Source: an uncultured virus (IMG/VR IMGVR_UViG_3300034102_001074) (lineage: Duplodnaviria > Heunggongvirae > Uroviricota > Caudoviricetes). From it: DNA of 64,000 nucleotides. The translations under genes and the position numbers were made by a program. Positions 10,901 to 19,838 of this stretch are shown here, piece after piece. A model generated the notes under the pieces. It had not been told where the DNA came from. It made no database searches and saw only the letters and a program-made list of their open reading frames with translations. How positions within the stretch are numbered: the stretch's first letter is position 1; each line of letters starts with the position of its first letter. Where the stretch lies: the IMG/VR virus record IMGVR_UViG_3300034102_001074; one strand, written 5' to 3'.

Positions 10901-11164
10901 GTAAATTTGATCCTCGTCTGCACGATCTTTTCTTGCTCTTTTGTCCAAACGATCTGTTGTAAAATATGCCTCTAATCCCAAAATAGGTTTTACAGAACTG
11001 TTCTTTGCAGCAACTAATAAATCTCTGTGACCACTTAAAGTACCATGATCAGTAATAGATATGGCACCCATACCAATCTCCTCTGCTCTTTTAAGCAGTT
11101 CTTCTGGAGAAGAGAAGCCGTCTAGTAGGCTGTAGTAAGAATGTGAATGATGATTGTGAAACAT
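7901..11164 (-). CDS. dnaE: DNA polymerase III alpha subunit (family C)
   Basis: PHP motifs HSHSYYSLLDG, ITDHG and GLEAY; GPGRGSAAGS, FPDIDTD, HAAG, KIDALGL, YQEQVM, YSFNKSHA; C-terminal OB folds. Confidence 0.97.
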   Translation of the reverse strand: MFHNHHSHSYYSLLDGFSSPEELLKRAEEIGMGAISITDHGTLSGHRDLLVAAKNSSVKPILGLEAYFTTDRLDKRARKDRADEDQIYNHLIVLAQNENGLQNLSKLSEIGWNDGFFSKPRIDFEVLQENSKDLIVLSGCMNSIIAKAIQNGNMDAAKRHTDWFKQVFKDNFYMELQPHNPAELNLQMLKLADDMGVKSTVTLDCHYASPEDKIAEEIMLILGTHPKVLKEATFDDSRKIKDLIERLDYLYGDRFMSFKDLDIFLMDHKTVRDKMIDQGIDRDDLYENSMEISSKVGSYDLKENLDLLPVDHKDPNSELERLAMEGLIKRGFGEDKVYLDRLKEELEIIKSKNFSSYFLVVSDMIGWSKNNNIFVGPGRGSAAGSLVCYALEITEVDPIKFGLLFFRFINPERNDFPDIDTDYEDRKRGQVKDYLAEQYKHVASIATFLTFKDKGVVRDVARVFHIPLPEVNKALKGVETWDDFISDKSTAEFRQKYPEVVKYAERLRGRVRGTGMHAAGIVAAKDNISKYAPMETRKDTQSDDRVQVVAVDMEQAADIGLIKIDALGLKTLTVIHDAMDMIEERQGVKLDLRKIDLTDREVYADLTAGFTKGVFQAETTPYTNLLVKMGVYNFDELAASNALVRPGAMNTIGAEYIARKKGKKPVKYLHDIVKDFTKDTYGCILYQEQVMLACVHLGGMSMAEADKVRKIIGKKKDAKEFDKFKDQFVKGASKHITEKQAESLWHDFEAHAGYSFNKSHAVAYSMLSYWSAWIKRYYPHEFMYSLLKNEKDKDTRTDYLIEAKRMGIKIRLPHINESDLDFTLEEKSIRFGLGNIKYISENISKKIVDKRPFYSYEEFMEHANKKGSGINSRAIDALNKVGAAAFNDNQRTGEENKNFYEYLNIPEFHTDIPRWIEAYTRPIEEYEEEGCFLVIGMVKAIKRGDGWSRIEVVDKTGSVGVFDRSETTIEAGKMYIFLIADNRIGAFATPEDLKDTSNPFIKYLMSRTLSLGDKEYMVISFTPRKTKKGDKMANVVLADEDKELYSVVVFPTAYAESLVRMKPGGVCKPVLNTTSSGSVTVKGFERV

Positions 11165-11180
11165 TTATCTCCAATAATAG

Positions 11181-11215
11181 TTGGGGGCAGTAAGATTATA
11201 TCCTACTGCCCCCAA
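11181..11215 (-). terminator. GC-rich hairpin (terminator or attenuator) between ssb and dnaE
   Basis: TTGGGGGCAGTA...TACTGCCCCCAA, a 12-bp inverted repeat; weak U-tract. Confidence 0.7.
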
Positions 11216-11225
11216 GTCTGTCAAA

Positions 11226-11882
11226 TTACCACTCAGAGGAGGTAGATACTGAATCGTCTGCATCTAGACCAGAGTAGAATGACTCTTGGTCTGCATACTT
11301 AACCGAACGAATTGCAGTTTTTTCTAATTCATATTGCTCAACAGATGACCAGTCAAATGCTGTTTCATCTACTACTAGTGGGAACAAGGCATAGCTTGTC
11401 TGCGTACCTGTACCTGAACGCTTTAAACGCCATGTAAGGTTACTGATAGCACCTGTATCACTTGCATATTCAATTAGTGTTTGTGTTGTTACTGACTTAG
11501 GACCAACGCCCTGTGACCAAATTGCGGTGTACTGTTCTCCAGTACCATCATCAACTAGTACGTTTGCATAAAGTCTTAGACGAGCTTTCCAGCCAGCCTT
11601 TGGATCTCTACGGTGCATTTCGCAACCATGACAGCGACCTTCTTCTTCCATGCTGCATACAGCCTTACGGCGATAGTCTTTTGGATTTGTGTGTTCTGCG
11701 ACTACAATTGCTAATCCACGAGATGTGTCATAGTTCTTTGAGTCTGGATCAACTTCGTTAACAAAACGAAGCTTGATTGATTGTCCATCTTCTAGCTTTA
11801 GCCATCGGGCTTTTGGACCGTCAGATCCCTTTGGCTTGTCAATGTGACTCTTGATTGCATCAAGACCCTGAATGATACCCAT
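11226..11882 (-). CDS. Single-stranded DNA-binding protein (gp32-like)
   Basis: WLKLEDGQSIKLRF, His/Cys zinc ligands, KRSGTGTQTSY and an acidic tail ending in W; lies between primase and polymerase. Confidence 0.8.
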   Translation of the reverse strand: MGIIQGLDAIKSHIDKPKGSDGPKARWLKLEDGQSIKLRFVNEVDPDSKNYDTSRGLAIVVAEHTNPKDYRRKAVCSMEEEGRCHGCEMHRRDPKAGWKARLRLYANVLVDDGTGEQYTAIWSQGVGPKSVTTQTLIEYASDTGAISNLTWRLKRSGTGTQTSYALFPLVVDETAFDWSSVEQYELEKTAIRSVKYADQESFYSGLDADDSVSTSSEW

Positions 11883-11932
11883 ATATTTCTCCTAATATTT
11901 GATTCTATAAGTGAATCTGTTGTTTTATTATA

Positions 11933-12883
11933 TCAGAGTTGTAGAGCAATGTCAAACTCTGATAGTATTTTGTACGAACTTAATATTTGTTCGTCTGTCA
12001 TATCTCCAATGTCTTTTACGCCATCTGGAAAACTCATATTTGATGTTGGAATAGATACGTTGCTTGAAATATTTTTTCTTAACGTGCTTCCTGCATCGTC
12101 TTGGTCCATTGCTAAAATTAATCTAGAAACATACTTGTTAATTAATTGTATTTGCATCTTGCCAAGATTTGCACCTAGCGTTGCTACTGCTGGAATTCCT
12201 AATTGCCACAACCTAATTGCATCAAAGGATGACTCTACAATTACAACCTCTTTATGTAAAACATTATTTAAGTTAAACAAGATCTTATTTCTTGGAGTTC
12301 CCGTAGAGTTTTTAAAGGTCTTTCCTTCAATTGATCTACCAACAAATCCAACACAGATTCCAGTGTTAGAATAAACTGGGACAGTAACCATGTCTTGTTT
12401 TTCAGAGTACCCTAGCTTAAAATTTTTGATTGAATCTAAATTAATTTTTCTTGATTCAAAATATTCTATTGCACGAGTATTTTCTAGTAGTGTGGAGTGA
12501 AGTCTTTCAATTGTGTTTAAATCAAATTCAACAAACTCTGGTTTTTCTTCTACTGCTTTATCAATTACATCTACAAAGTCTATAGATTTTTCTGCAGCAG
12601 AAATAACACGCATTGCTTCAAAGTAGTTTCTTGATGTTGTACGCATAATTAAATCTAATAGCGTTCCGTTTTCCCCACAAGAAAAACAGATGAACAATCC
12701 TTTTTCTTTATCTACTTCACATGCTGGAGTGTGTACGTTGTAATGAAATGGGCAGTATACAAGAAAGTGAGTGTCTAACTCAGTTCCTATTGAGATTCCG
12801 CAGACTTTGACAATTTCTCTAATCTGGTCTTGCTGGTATGAATCGCTGGTATAAGCCTGTTTCCTAAAACTCCCTTGTAACAC
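11933..12883 (-). CDS. DNA primase (CHC2 zinc finger + TOPRIM)
   Basis: CPFH...CFSC, IVESSFDA, ATLG, MDQDDAG and KDIGD. Confidence 0.92.
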   Translation of the reverse strand: MLQGSFRKQAYTSDSYQQDQIREIVKVCGISIGTELDTHFLVYCPFHYNVHTPACEVDKEKGLFICFSCGENGTLLDLIMRTTSRNYFEAMRVISAAEKSIDFVDVIDKAVEEKPEFVEFDLNTIERLHSTLLENTRAIEYFESRKINLDSIKNFKLGYSEKQDMVTVPVYSNTGICVGFVGRSIEGKTFKNSTGTPRNKILFNLNNVLHKEVVIVESSFDAIRLWQLGIPAVATLGANLGKMQIQLINKYVSRLILAMDQDDAGSTLRKNISSNVSIPTSNMSFPDGVKDIGDMTDEQILSSYKILSEFDIALQL

Positions 12884-13122
12884 TTTGCCTTAGCCTTTCC
12901 TACATAAATTCCGTAACGAGTTATTTTAAAATCAAACGATGTTCCATTATACGACAAAGAGAAGACACTTTCAAGTTCCAGGTGTGGAACATATCCTCTT
13001 TCCTTCATATAATGGTCTAACAGTATGTCATATTCTTTTCTTAGACGCATAGTATCTGACTCATCTGCGATGTTACCATCTAGAGAAAAGTCTTTAATTT
13101 TCTTGTGTCCAACGAAATCCAT
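12787..13122 (-). CDS. Hypothetical protein
   Basis: 111 aa, preceded by a TATAAT-N6-ATG leaderless promoter. Confidence 0.7.
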   Translation of the reverse strand: MDFVGHKKIKDFSLDGNIADESDTMRLRKEYDILLDHYMKERGYVPHLELESVFSLSYNGTSFDFKITRYGIYVGKAKAKCYKGVLGNRLIPAIHTSKTRLEKLSKSAESQ

Positions 13123-13136
13123 ACCTCAATTATAGA

Positions 13137-14372
13137 TTAGGTTGAGTCATCACTTGGGTCATATACTTCTGAAAACTTTCCTTTATCAAAGTCTGCTACC
13201 ATTACGAAGTCTCCCAAAAATCCATGACGATTTTTTCTAAACGCCACTTCAAGAGCATCGCTATTTGCTTTACGACCCATTGCAAGAACCCAGTCAGCAT
13301 CGTAAGCAATTTGTCGTGACCAAGCCACCTGACCAAGCTGTGGTACAGACTCCAAATCTGAGGCATCATCGGGCGTAGCAGAGGCGATTGCAACAACTGG
13401 TATCTGTTCTGAGATAGCCAATAATTTAAGCTCTCTAGATAGATTCTTTATTTTAACAGTCTCATTTTGAGAAGATCCAGAATTGTCTGTCATAAGTTGT
13501 AAGTAATCAATAAATACAATGTCTGGCTTATACTGGTCAATCTTGGCTCTTACAACATTTGGATTTACTTCGCTTCCACCGTCATTAGAGATAATCTTAA
13601 ATGGTGGTTTGCCTTCTAAGTTTTCTTTTGCCCAAGCCTTAAACTCATCTTGATTTACACGACCAGAACTTAAGGCACGATGTGACCATTTACCATCTCC
13701 AATAATTGCAAAAATTCTATTACGAACTTCCTGCTCTGTCATTTCTAAAGAAAGGATCATTGGGGTGCGACCATTCTTCCAAGCCTGAACAGCAAAATAA
13801 AGTGCTAACCAAGACTTACCAATTGCAGGATACGCAAGAAGAACTCCAAGTTGTCCCTTAGAAATTCCCATTGGAAGACAAACATCAAATGATGCAATGT
13901 TAGATCGAATACCTACATCACCATTCATTGCTGCTTCTCTTTGTTTATCAAAGTATGCGATAGCATCATCAACATCTGTTACATCAATGTCTCTTACCTT
14001 TGCAGTAATTCTTGATAGAGAAGAAATATCTGAGTTAAGAGAAGACAGTGCCTTATTAGACTCATTGTCTTGTAAAAGTTGTGCAGCCTTCTTTACAGTT
14101 GATCTAAGAGATTCGTCAAGAAAGGTTTCCTTCAATCTATTAACGTGATAAATCGTTGGTCCAGAATCATTAGACGGTTCAAAGTCTCTAAACCTAGTTG
14201 CAATAAGATTCTTGTCTGGAATTTGACGAGTCTCGTTATAGTATTCTTTTATAAAGTCCCAAACATCTGACGTGCTTTTAAGCATTGAGTCAATGTTGTT
14301 TTCAAATAGCACATGAATATCTTTATTCTTGCAAGCAGCTGTAATAACATCTACTTCCTCACGCATTCCCAT
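13137..14372 (-). CDS. dnaB: DnaB-like replicative helicase
   Basis: Walker A AYPAIGKS, LSLEM, FIDYLQLM, SRELKLLA, DADWVL and KNRHG. Confidence 0.93.
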   Translation of the reverse strand: MGMREEVDVITAACKNKDIHVLFENNIDSMLKSTSDVWDFIKEYYNETRQIPDKNLIATRFRDFEPSNDSGPTIYHVNRLKETFLDESLRSTVKKAAQLLQDNESNKALSSLNSDISSLSRITAKVRDIDVTDVDDAIAYFDKQREAAMNGDVGIRSNIASFDVCLPMGISKGQLGVLLAYPAIGKSWLALYFAVQAWKNGRTPMILSLEMTEQEVRNRIFAIIGDGKWSHRALSSGRVNQDEFKAWAKENLEGKPPFKIISNDGGSEVNPNVVRAKIDQYKPDIVFIDYLQLMTDNSGSSQNETVKIKNLSRELKLLAISEQIPVVAIASATPDDASDLESVPQLGQVAWSRQIAYDADWVLAMGRKANSDALEVAFRKNRHGFLGDFVMVADFDKGKFSEVYDPSDDST

Positions 14373-14694
14373 TTAGATACTCCTCACGCAATTTTGCTGT
14401 TTCTTTTCTACGCTCTAGTCTTAGGCGTTCGTCACGTTCTTTTTCTTTTAAAGTTGAAATAATGGTGTCTACATTGTTGTAAAACCAAGCAAGGGGATGA
14501 CCCTCTTTCTGTAAAGTAAAGTAGTATTCTAAAGCCTTGTCTATTTGGTCCAACTGGTAATCTTCAATAATTGAAACCGCTGCCCATTTTTCTTTGTACT
14601 TGTTTATGTTTGGCTTTATGTTATATTTCTTTTCATACAACTTTGCATAGTTGTTTAAGAAAATATATGCTAGCTTTGCTTTATCCGCTGTCAC
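14359..14694 (-). CDS. Hypothetical protein upstream of helicase
   Basis: 111-aa coupled ORF. Confidence 0.7.
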   Translation of the reverse strand: MTADKAKLAYIFLNNYAKLYEKKYNIKPNINKYKEKWAAVSIIEDYQLDQIDKALEYYFTLQKEGHPLAWFYNNVDTIISTLKEKERDERLRLERRKETAKLREEYLNGNA

Positions 14695-14903
14695 TTTTTA
14701 AGGTCCTGCTCTATCTCTTGAACCTTTTCCATTAATTTATTTTCTACAAAAGAGTATACCCTGTTCATGGCTGAATCAACGTTGCCATCTGTATCTCTTA
14801 CAAAGTCTTCTACACCTAATTCAACATGTACGCTTTCGTAGTTTCCTAAGTTTCTAACAAACTTTAGGTTAACTCTAACCGTTGTTGTTTCCTTTTGACT
14901 CAT
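14691..14903 (-). CDS. Hypothetical protein
   Basis: RNLGNYESVHVE motif; start reassigned to MSQKE after a GGGAG RBS. Confidence 0.7.
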   Translation of the reverse strand: MSQKETTTVRVNLKFVRNLGNYESVHVELGVEDFVRDTDGNVDSAMNRVYSFVENKLMEKVQEIEQDLKK

Positions 14904-15186
14904 TACTGTCTCCCTGGCTACTTGTAAAACCAATCATACCATATCTTGACGATTTGTCAAAATCCTTTTCTTCCGAAAGAAATCTAGAAAGTGTTAGCCA
15001 ACCTTCAACTGCATTAATTAAAGAGTCTACATCTTTCTTTTTTGTTGCAATTTTTGATGCCTGTGCTAATGTTTCTGCTGCACCAATCAATGCAGTATCT
15101 TCTGAAAGCTCAGAACCAATAAACTTTTCTAGTTCTGTCATTTTTATTTTTTTATGTCTAGCCACTAGAACTCCTCTGCTTTCCAA
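14875..15186 (-). CDS. Hypothetical protein
   Basis: ORF fills the operon; start position uncertain. Confidence 0.55.
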   Translation of the reverse strand: MESRGVLVARHKKIKMTELEKFIGSELSEDTALIGAAETLAQASKIATKKKDVDSLINAVEGWLTLSRFLSEEKDFDKSSRYGMIGFTSSQGDSNESKGNNNG

Positions 15187-15665
15187 ATAGGAACATAGGT
15201 TCCATCTTCTTTTCTTACATATAGCATTTGCCTAAGATTTAATTTTGCTTCTAGTTCTTCACGACTTGGAACCCTTGAAGATATTATCATGCCGTCTTTT
15301 CTGGGTCTGCCTATGTGAACTCCAGCAAAATATTCTCTAAACTCAAATATATTTTCTGTAGAAAAATAATATGTAGACTTATTGTTTGACCATATCAGTT
15401 TTGGTTTTGAAACAAGACCGTTCTTCATAGCAAACCTAAGTCTATCTGGATGCCTATTTAAAGATCTTGAAACTTCGCCTATTCTATAACAAGGTTTTTT
15501 AAATTCTTTATAATCATGATAAGAAAATGTTGCTTGAGTTTTTGTTTCCATATTAAACAAATAAACAATACCTTTTGGTCTATCTATTCTAACAACATGG
15601 TGCACGTCACCATTTATAAAGCACTTTTTCTTAACAGGCTTTATTGTCCCATTGACGAGTACCAT
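15165..15665 (-). CDS. Putative DNA-binding protein (MerR-like HTH)
   Basis: YRIGEVSRSLNRHPDRLR resembles a MerR HTH; contains a GRPRK AT-hook-like motif. Confidence 0.6.
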   Translation of the reverse strand: MVLVNGTIKPVKKKCFINGDVHHVVRIDRPKGIVYLFNMETKTQATFSYHDYKEFKKPCYRIGEVSRSLNRHPDRLRFAMKNGLVSKPKLIWSNNKSTYYFSTENIFEFREYFAGVHIGRPRKDGMIISSRVPSREELEAKLNLRQMLYVRKEDGTYVPIWKAEEF

Positions 15666-15832
15666 TTAAATTTCTTTTCCTTTTCTAAAAGCCACAAAGG
15701 AAATGTGCCATAATTTGCAGGGTTGTTAAATATCCATCTTTTCCCACAGGAAAAACAAAACATTTCAATGTGAGAGTCAGTAGTAAATACTCTATCTACT
15801 AAGACTCTACCACTGCATACCTTACACCACAT
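15641..15832 (-). CDS. Small zinc-ribbon protein
   Basis: CKVC...CFSCG; leaderless promoter upstream. Confidence 0.7.
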   Translation of the reverse strand: MWCKVCSGRVLVDRVFTTDSHIEMFCFSCGKRWIFNNPANYGTFPLWLLEKEKKFKWYSSMGQ

Positions 15833-15852
15833 TATTAAATTATAGCCTAAAG

Positions 15853-16662
15853 TTATACCTTAAAGAACTTACCATCTACTATACAAGAGTAGTCAGGAGA
15901 GACGTGTACTAGCTGAATATGAGGGTAGTTTCCATTTTCAATATGTGCAATTGCAAAAGCTTTTTGCCAGTTATGATTATTTGTATACATCATTCCTGTA
16001 GACTTTTCATCACACATATGACCAATTTCGTATCCACGCAAAGTTTCTCCTAGTCCACCGTTTCTTAACTCATAGGTGTTAAAGTAAACACCTGCACGAT
16101 GAGAGTGACCACGAATAAGAGATACCCCAAAGTTATCTACATCTTTACGAACAGACTCTCCTGCATTTTGCGAAATGGCATTTCCATGATGAACATGGAT
16201 ATCTCCAAAGCGATGAGCAGGTGGCTGATTATAATAAATATAATCGTAACCAAGGCTGTCTAAATTCCATAGTGCCTCTGGAGTTGTTGCCTCTACATAT
16301 TCTGGAAGCTTTTTATCAATGTATTCAAATACACGAATGTCATGGTTTCCAAGTGCTGAAAACAACTGTGCATTTTTTGCTATTTTTCGTGTCTTGGTAT
16401 AAAAGTCTCTTGCTAGTTTTGCTTCATGTCGCATAAGGGGCATAATTGCATTTCCGTTATCATCCTTGTGCATCTTTAAAAACTCTGCTGAGCGACCTTC
16501 TGTGTACTTGCTATAGCAAGCCTGATCATCAGTGTCACCTAGATAATCAACTACGTCTGGCTTAAACCATCTCATGACCTTAAACCATAGCTCAATCATC
16601 TTATCATCTTGATATGGGAATTGCTGGTCTGATGACAGCATCCACTTCAAATCGTTTGTCAT
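15853..16662 (-). CDS. Calcineurin-like metallophosphoesterase
   Basis: SD, LGDTDD, LGNHD, HHG and GHSH motifs. Confidence 0.88.
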   Translation of the reverse strand: MTNDLKWMLSSDQQFPYQDDKMIELWFKVMRWFKPDVVDYLGDTDDQACYSKYTEGRSAEFLKMHKDDNGNAIMPLMRHEAKLARDFYTKTRKIAKNAQLFSALGNHDIRVFEYIDKKLPEYVEATTPEALWNLDSLGYDYIYYNQPPAHRFGDIHVHHGNAISQNAGESVRKDVDNFGVSLIRGHSHRAGVYFNTYELRNGGLGETLRGYEIGHMCDEKSTGMMYTNNHNWQKAFAIAHIENGNYPHIQLVHVSPDYSCIVDGKFFKV

Positions 16663-16713
16663 TAAAAACTTTCTGTTTGGGCATAGATATGGCTATGCTT
16701 GTATTAATAAAAA

Positions 16714-16742
16714 AGTATATCACTTTAATATACGGATGTCAA
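16714..16742 (-). promoter_or_regulatory. Sigma70/SigA consensus promoter heading the replication block
   Basis: Minus strand reads TTGACA-17 nt-TATACT, with an extended -10 TG. Confidence 0.85.
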
Positions 16743-16750
16743 GTATCTGA

Positions 16751-17203
16751 CTATTTCTTTTTTCCAATTGCAATATAGTTTACTGTAACTGTTTTGTCAG
16801 CGGTAAATAGGTCTCTATCATTTACTAACATTACTGTCATTTTAAATGATGCTGCTCTAATATTTGAAACAGAAACAGATGCTCTTGCTGGTCTACCAGT
16901 TGAATCCGAAAAGGTTGGAGTCGCAACAATAAAAACATTGTTATCAGCAAACGGTATAGAGAAGTTAACGTTTCCTTCTACTAATGCCTGTGAAGCTGCA
17001 GCTTGAGTTTGAAATGATCCAGTTTGAACTTGAATAGGAGTGTTACCTGCAAGACCTGGACCATAAAATTCAACCACTCTTTGTGCTGCTTGGCTAGATG
17101 ATGATGAGCTAGAATTAGAATTTTTTAATTCATTAATTTCTGCAACTAGTTGATTTAGCCATTCTGTTGTAATTGGCATTCCATCGCTAAGTCTAGTTGC
17201 CAT
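16751..17203 (-). CDS. Tail-associated protein with H-type-lectin/gp53-like C-terminal domain
   Basis: VQTG...VNFSIPF...VATP...VNYIAIG pattern; last gene of the tail cluster. Confidence 0.6.
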   Translation of the reverse strand: MATRLSDGMPITTEWLNQLVAEINELKNSNSSSSSSSQAAQRVVEFYGPGLAGNTPIQVQTGSFQTQAAASQALVEGNVNFSIPFADNNVFIVATPTFSDSTGRPARASVSVSNIRAASFKMTVMLVNDRDLFTADKTVTVNYIAIGKKK

Positions 17204-17360
17204 TGCTTTCACCCTTTAGAGAAGCAATCTCTGCATCTTTTCCAGCAAGTGCTTCTGTTGCCTGTGCCTTAAGTACAGCCATCTGTGTTTCATACTGGCT
17301 TGTAATTTGACCAATACGATTTTGTAGTTCTTGAACTACTAGTTCTAAAGTTGTTGACAT
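17193..17360 (-). CDS. Small coiled-coil protein (55 aa)
   Basis: Not in the ORF track. MSTTLELVVQELQNRIGQITSQYE...; AAGGAG RBS and TGCTATAAT upstream. Confidence 0.8.
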   Translation of the reverse strand: MSTTLELVVQELQNRIGQITSQYETQMAVLKAQATEALAGKDAEIASLKGESNGN

Positions 17361-17400
17361 TATGTCTCCTTATGTTTGACTTCTATTATAGCACTAAGTA

Positions 17401-19455
17401 CTATTTATTTCCAGTTATACTCATTGCTATGGCACTTGTTATTGTGTAGGCTTCCTGAAGAGACCATTCAACAATCAATCTTCCATCATCAAAGTTTGCA
17501 ACTGATCCTGTTCCAGTAAAAATTACAGAGTTTACATTTGATAATTTTAAGTAATCATAATAGGCTTTAGAAACAAAGCTTTTTGTTCCAACCCCAGCAA
17601 CTGTTGTAGTATTAAAGAAATAAATTAAACTTGGGTCTGTAGTTCCAATGTGGATAGTTATACCTTTTGAAGTAGAAGTATCTTTGTAGAACCTAAAGGT
17701 TGCAGCATCAAGTCTTGCTGCTGCTGGAAGATCTGTTGAGCTTGTAATTGGAGTATAGAATACACCAAAGTATTGTTTAGTTGTTGTTTCTACTACAGTG
17801 TAGTCTACTCTTTCTGTTACATATCTTCCAGGTGTTCCAGGAACATATTCTCTTCTTGCAGGAACCCATCTTCTAGGTCTTGTATTGGTCCAGTATCCAG
17901 GAACAGTTATCCAATATCCTGGTCTTCCTGGCTGCCAAACTCTCATAAGTCTACTCTTAACTACGTTTGCGGAAGAAACAGTTACTCCTACGCCAGCCTT
18001 AGTGGTTGAGTAAGTACTCCATGTATCATTAGAAAAAGATCTTCCATCATAAGGATCGAAGTATGAAACAGTAGTTCTAAGCCTTGTAGATTCTGTAGAG
18101 GTGTAATTTTTATCTGTTTGTGCCACCCATCTTTTTCCAGTTTCTGCTGCCCTGCCTGTTGAAACTGAAATTTCATTTGAGTAGGCACTTGATGCCTCAT
18201 AAATTGTTCCAGCAGCACCCCTTGCCCTAATCCTAATTTTATAATCTGTTTCATCTGCAAGATTTACTATATATTCAATTCTGTTTGCATCTGCTATAGT
18301 TGTTGTTGCTATTGCTATATCATCACTAAACGTTCCGTATGCTCCACCTTCGATTTGAATAAAGTATCTATCTGCATTTACAACGTCTGTCCACTGTAAC
18401 TTAACACTGTTGTGGTCAGTAGATACGCCCTTTAAGGATATGTTTCCAAGAGTTGGTGGAGTAGATACAAAATTTATAGAGTTTGATGCACTAGATTGCT
18501 GTGCCGTTGCTGGATCATTGTCTGGTGCTATGGTTAAAATATTATTTTTTGCCACAACATAATAGGCATAGTCTAGTCCTGATGAATCTGGAAGTGGCGT
18601 GTAGGTTTCTTCCATTCCACCACTTGGAGTAACATTGGCATGTAGAACAAAAGATCCCGTTCTATTCCTATAAATATCGTATGAAGTTGCTCTTCTATCT
18701 TTTGTCCATGCAATTGTTATTGTTCCTGCTGTTTCATTTTTAAACTTAACAGTTACTACTGGTGCATCTGGAACTTTAATTGGAGTTGCTCTAGTTAATT
18801 GAGAAGAAGATATTCCTGGATTGTTTGATGCGTCAAGAGAGTTTACAAAAAACTTATAGTTTGCTTCTCTATTAGTTGATATAGTTTTTGTATTCTTTTT
18901 ATAAATAGTAAAAGATAGTCCAGAAGCAGTGGTAAAAGTCCAATCAGTATACAAGGTTAACTTTGTATTGCTTTCAATAGACTTTACTTTTCCAATATAT
19001 GTGGGTGTTCCGCCAATAGTTGCAAACAATATTTCATCCACAACTATTTGTGAAGTAAAACTTGTTCCTGTTCCTGTTACAATTGAAGACAATATATTTA
19101 ATGCTATTGTTCCAGTTCCAGTTAAAGTAACTTTGTTTTGAGACGATAAGAACTGAAAATCATTTGTTTGTTGAGTTACTACTGGATCTAAATATGTTCC
19201 TTGCGGGGTTTCAGATACAAATACTGAATATGTTTCTGCTGTAGCATTTGGATCCCATTCAAGTACTACCTCATCTGCAGTTTTGCTTTTAATTTTAAAG
19301 TTTTGAATTGTATTTAATGCTGGAGAAAATACTTCTTTCCATTGTCCATTTACTTTTGCATAGGCAGACTTTACTTGCTTCCACTCACCATTTATTTTTG
19401 TGTATCCTGTTGAAATGGGAGTCCATTTATCTTTTACTCCAATGTATCCAGCCAT
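17401..19455 (-). CDS. Minor tail protein with fibronectin type III-like domains
   Basis: Repeated W..P..A..Y...Y.(F/Y).V.A FN3-like patterns; N-terminal YTKINGEWKQV/YAKVNGQWKEV repeats. Confidence 0.7.
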   Translation of the reverse strand: MAGYIGVKDKWTPISTGYTKINGEWKQVKSAYAKVNGQWKEVFSPALNTIQNFKIKSKTADEVVLEWDPNATAETYSVFVSETPQGTYLDPVVTQQTNDFQFLSSQNKVTLTGTGTIALNILSSIVTGTGTSFTSQIVVDEILFATIGGTPTYIGKVKSIESNTKLTLYTDWTFTTASGLSFTIYKKNTKTISTNREANYKFFVNSLDASNNPGISSSQLTRATPIKVPDAPVVTVKFKNETAGTITIAWTKDRRATSYDIYRNRTGSFVLHANVTPSGGMEETYTPLPDSSGLDYAYYVVAKNNILTIAPDNDPATAQQSSASNSINFVSTPPTLGNISLKGVSTDHNSVKLQWTDVVNADRYFIQIEGGAYGTFSDDIAIATTTIADANRIEYIVNLADETDYKIRIRARGAAGTIYEASSAYSNEISVSTGRAAETGKRWVAQTDKNYTSTESTRLRTTVSYFDPYDGRSFSNDTWSTYSTTKAGVGVTVSSANVVKSRLMRVWQPGRPGYWITVPGYWTNTRPRRWVPARREYVPGTPGRYVTERVDYTVVETTTKQYFGVFYTPITSSTDLPAAARLDAATFRFYKDTSTSKGITIHIGTTDPSLIYFFNTTTVAGVGTKSFVSKAYYDYLKLSNVNSVIFTGTGSVANFDDGRLIVEWSLQEAYTITSAIAMSITGNK

Positions 19456-19829
19456 TATTGATACACGAACCAAATATCACCATCTAGTCCATCTGTACTA
19501 AGTGGTGCTCTCTGAGAAATTGTTGTTCTTCTAAATGCAGAAACAAGAGTATTTATTGAATTAGCTTTATCAACAGCACTAACTATAGTTGAGCTGGCTG
19601 AGGATATATCTAACCATGTAGGCTGTTTCCATTCAACAGTAAGTCCGTTATTTGTTAGATAGTATCCTGAATTATTTGAACTAATAGATAAACTATTTGT
19701 AAGACCTGATGCATCATTTATAACAACGCCAGGACTTTCAAAGCTTAGAATTTTAAAAGGCTCTTGGCTTGTAATACTTGAAGTTCTAAGAGGAGTTTTA
19801 AATGAATGAATAATTTTGTCTGCAGACAT
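19455..19829 (-). CDS. Tail fibre-associated protein
   Basis: C-terminal APLSTDGLDGDIWF motif typical of tail-fibre genes. Confidence 0.6.
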   Translation of the reverse strand: MSADKIIHSFKTPLRTSSITSQEPFKILSFESPGVVINDASGLTNSLSISSNNSGYYLTNNGLTVEWKQPTWLDISSASSTIVSAVDKANSINTLVSAFRRTTISQRAPLSTDGLDGDIWFVYQ

Positions 19830-19838
19830 TTTTGCTCC

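Noticed and set aside
7901..11164. Intein or intron in dnaE (also checked nrdJ, dnaB, recA, terL)
   Set aside because: Protein lengths are normal and no intein splice-junction or LAGLIDADG motifs were seen.
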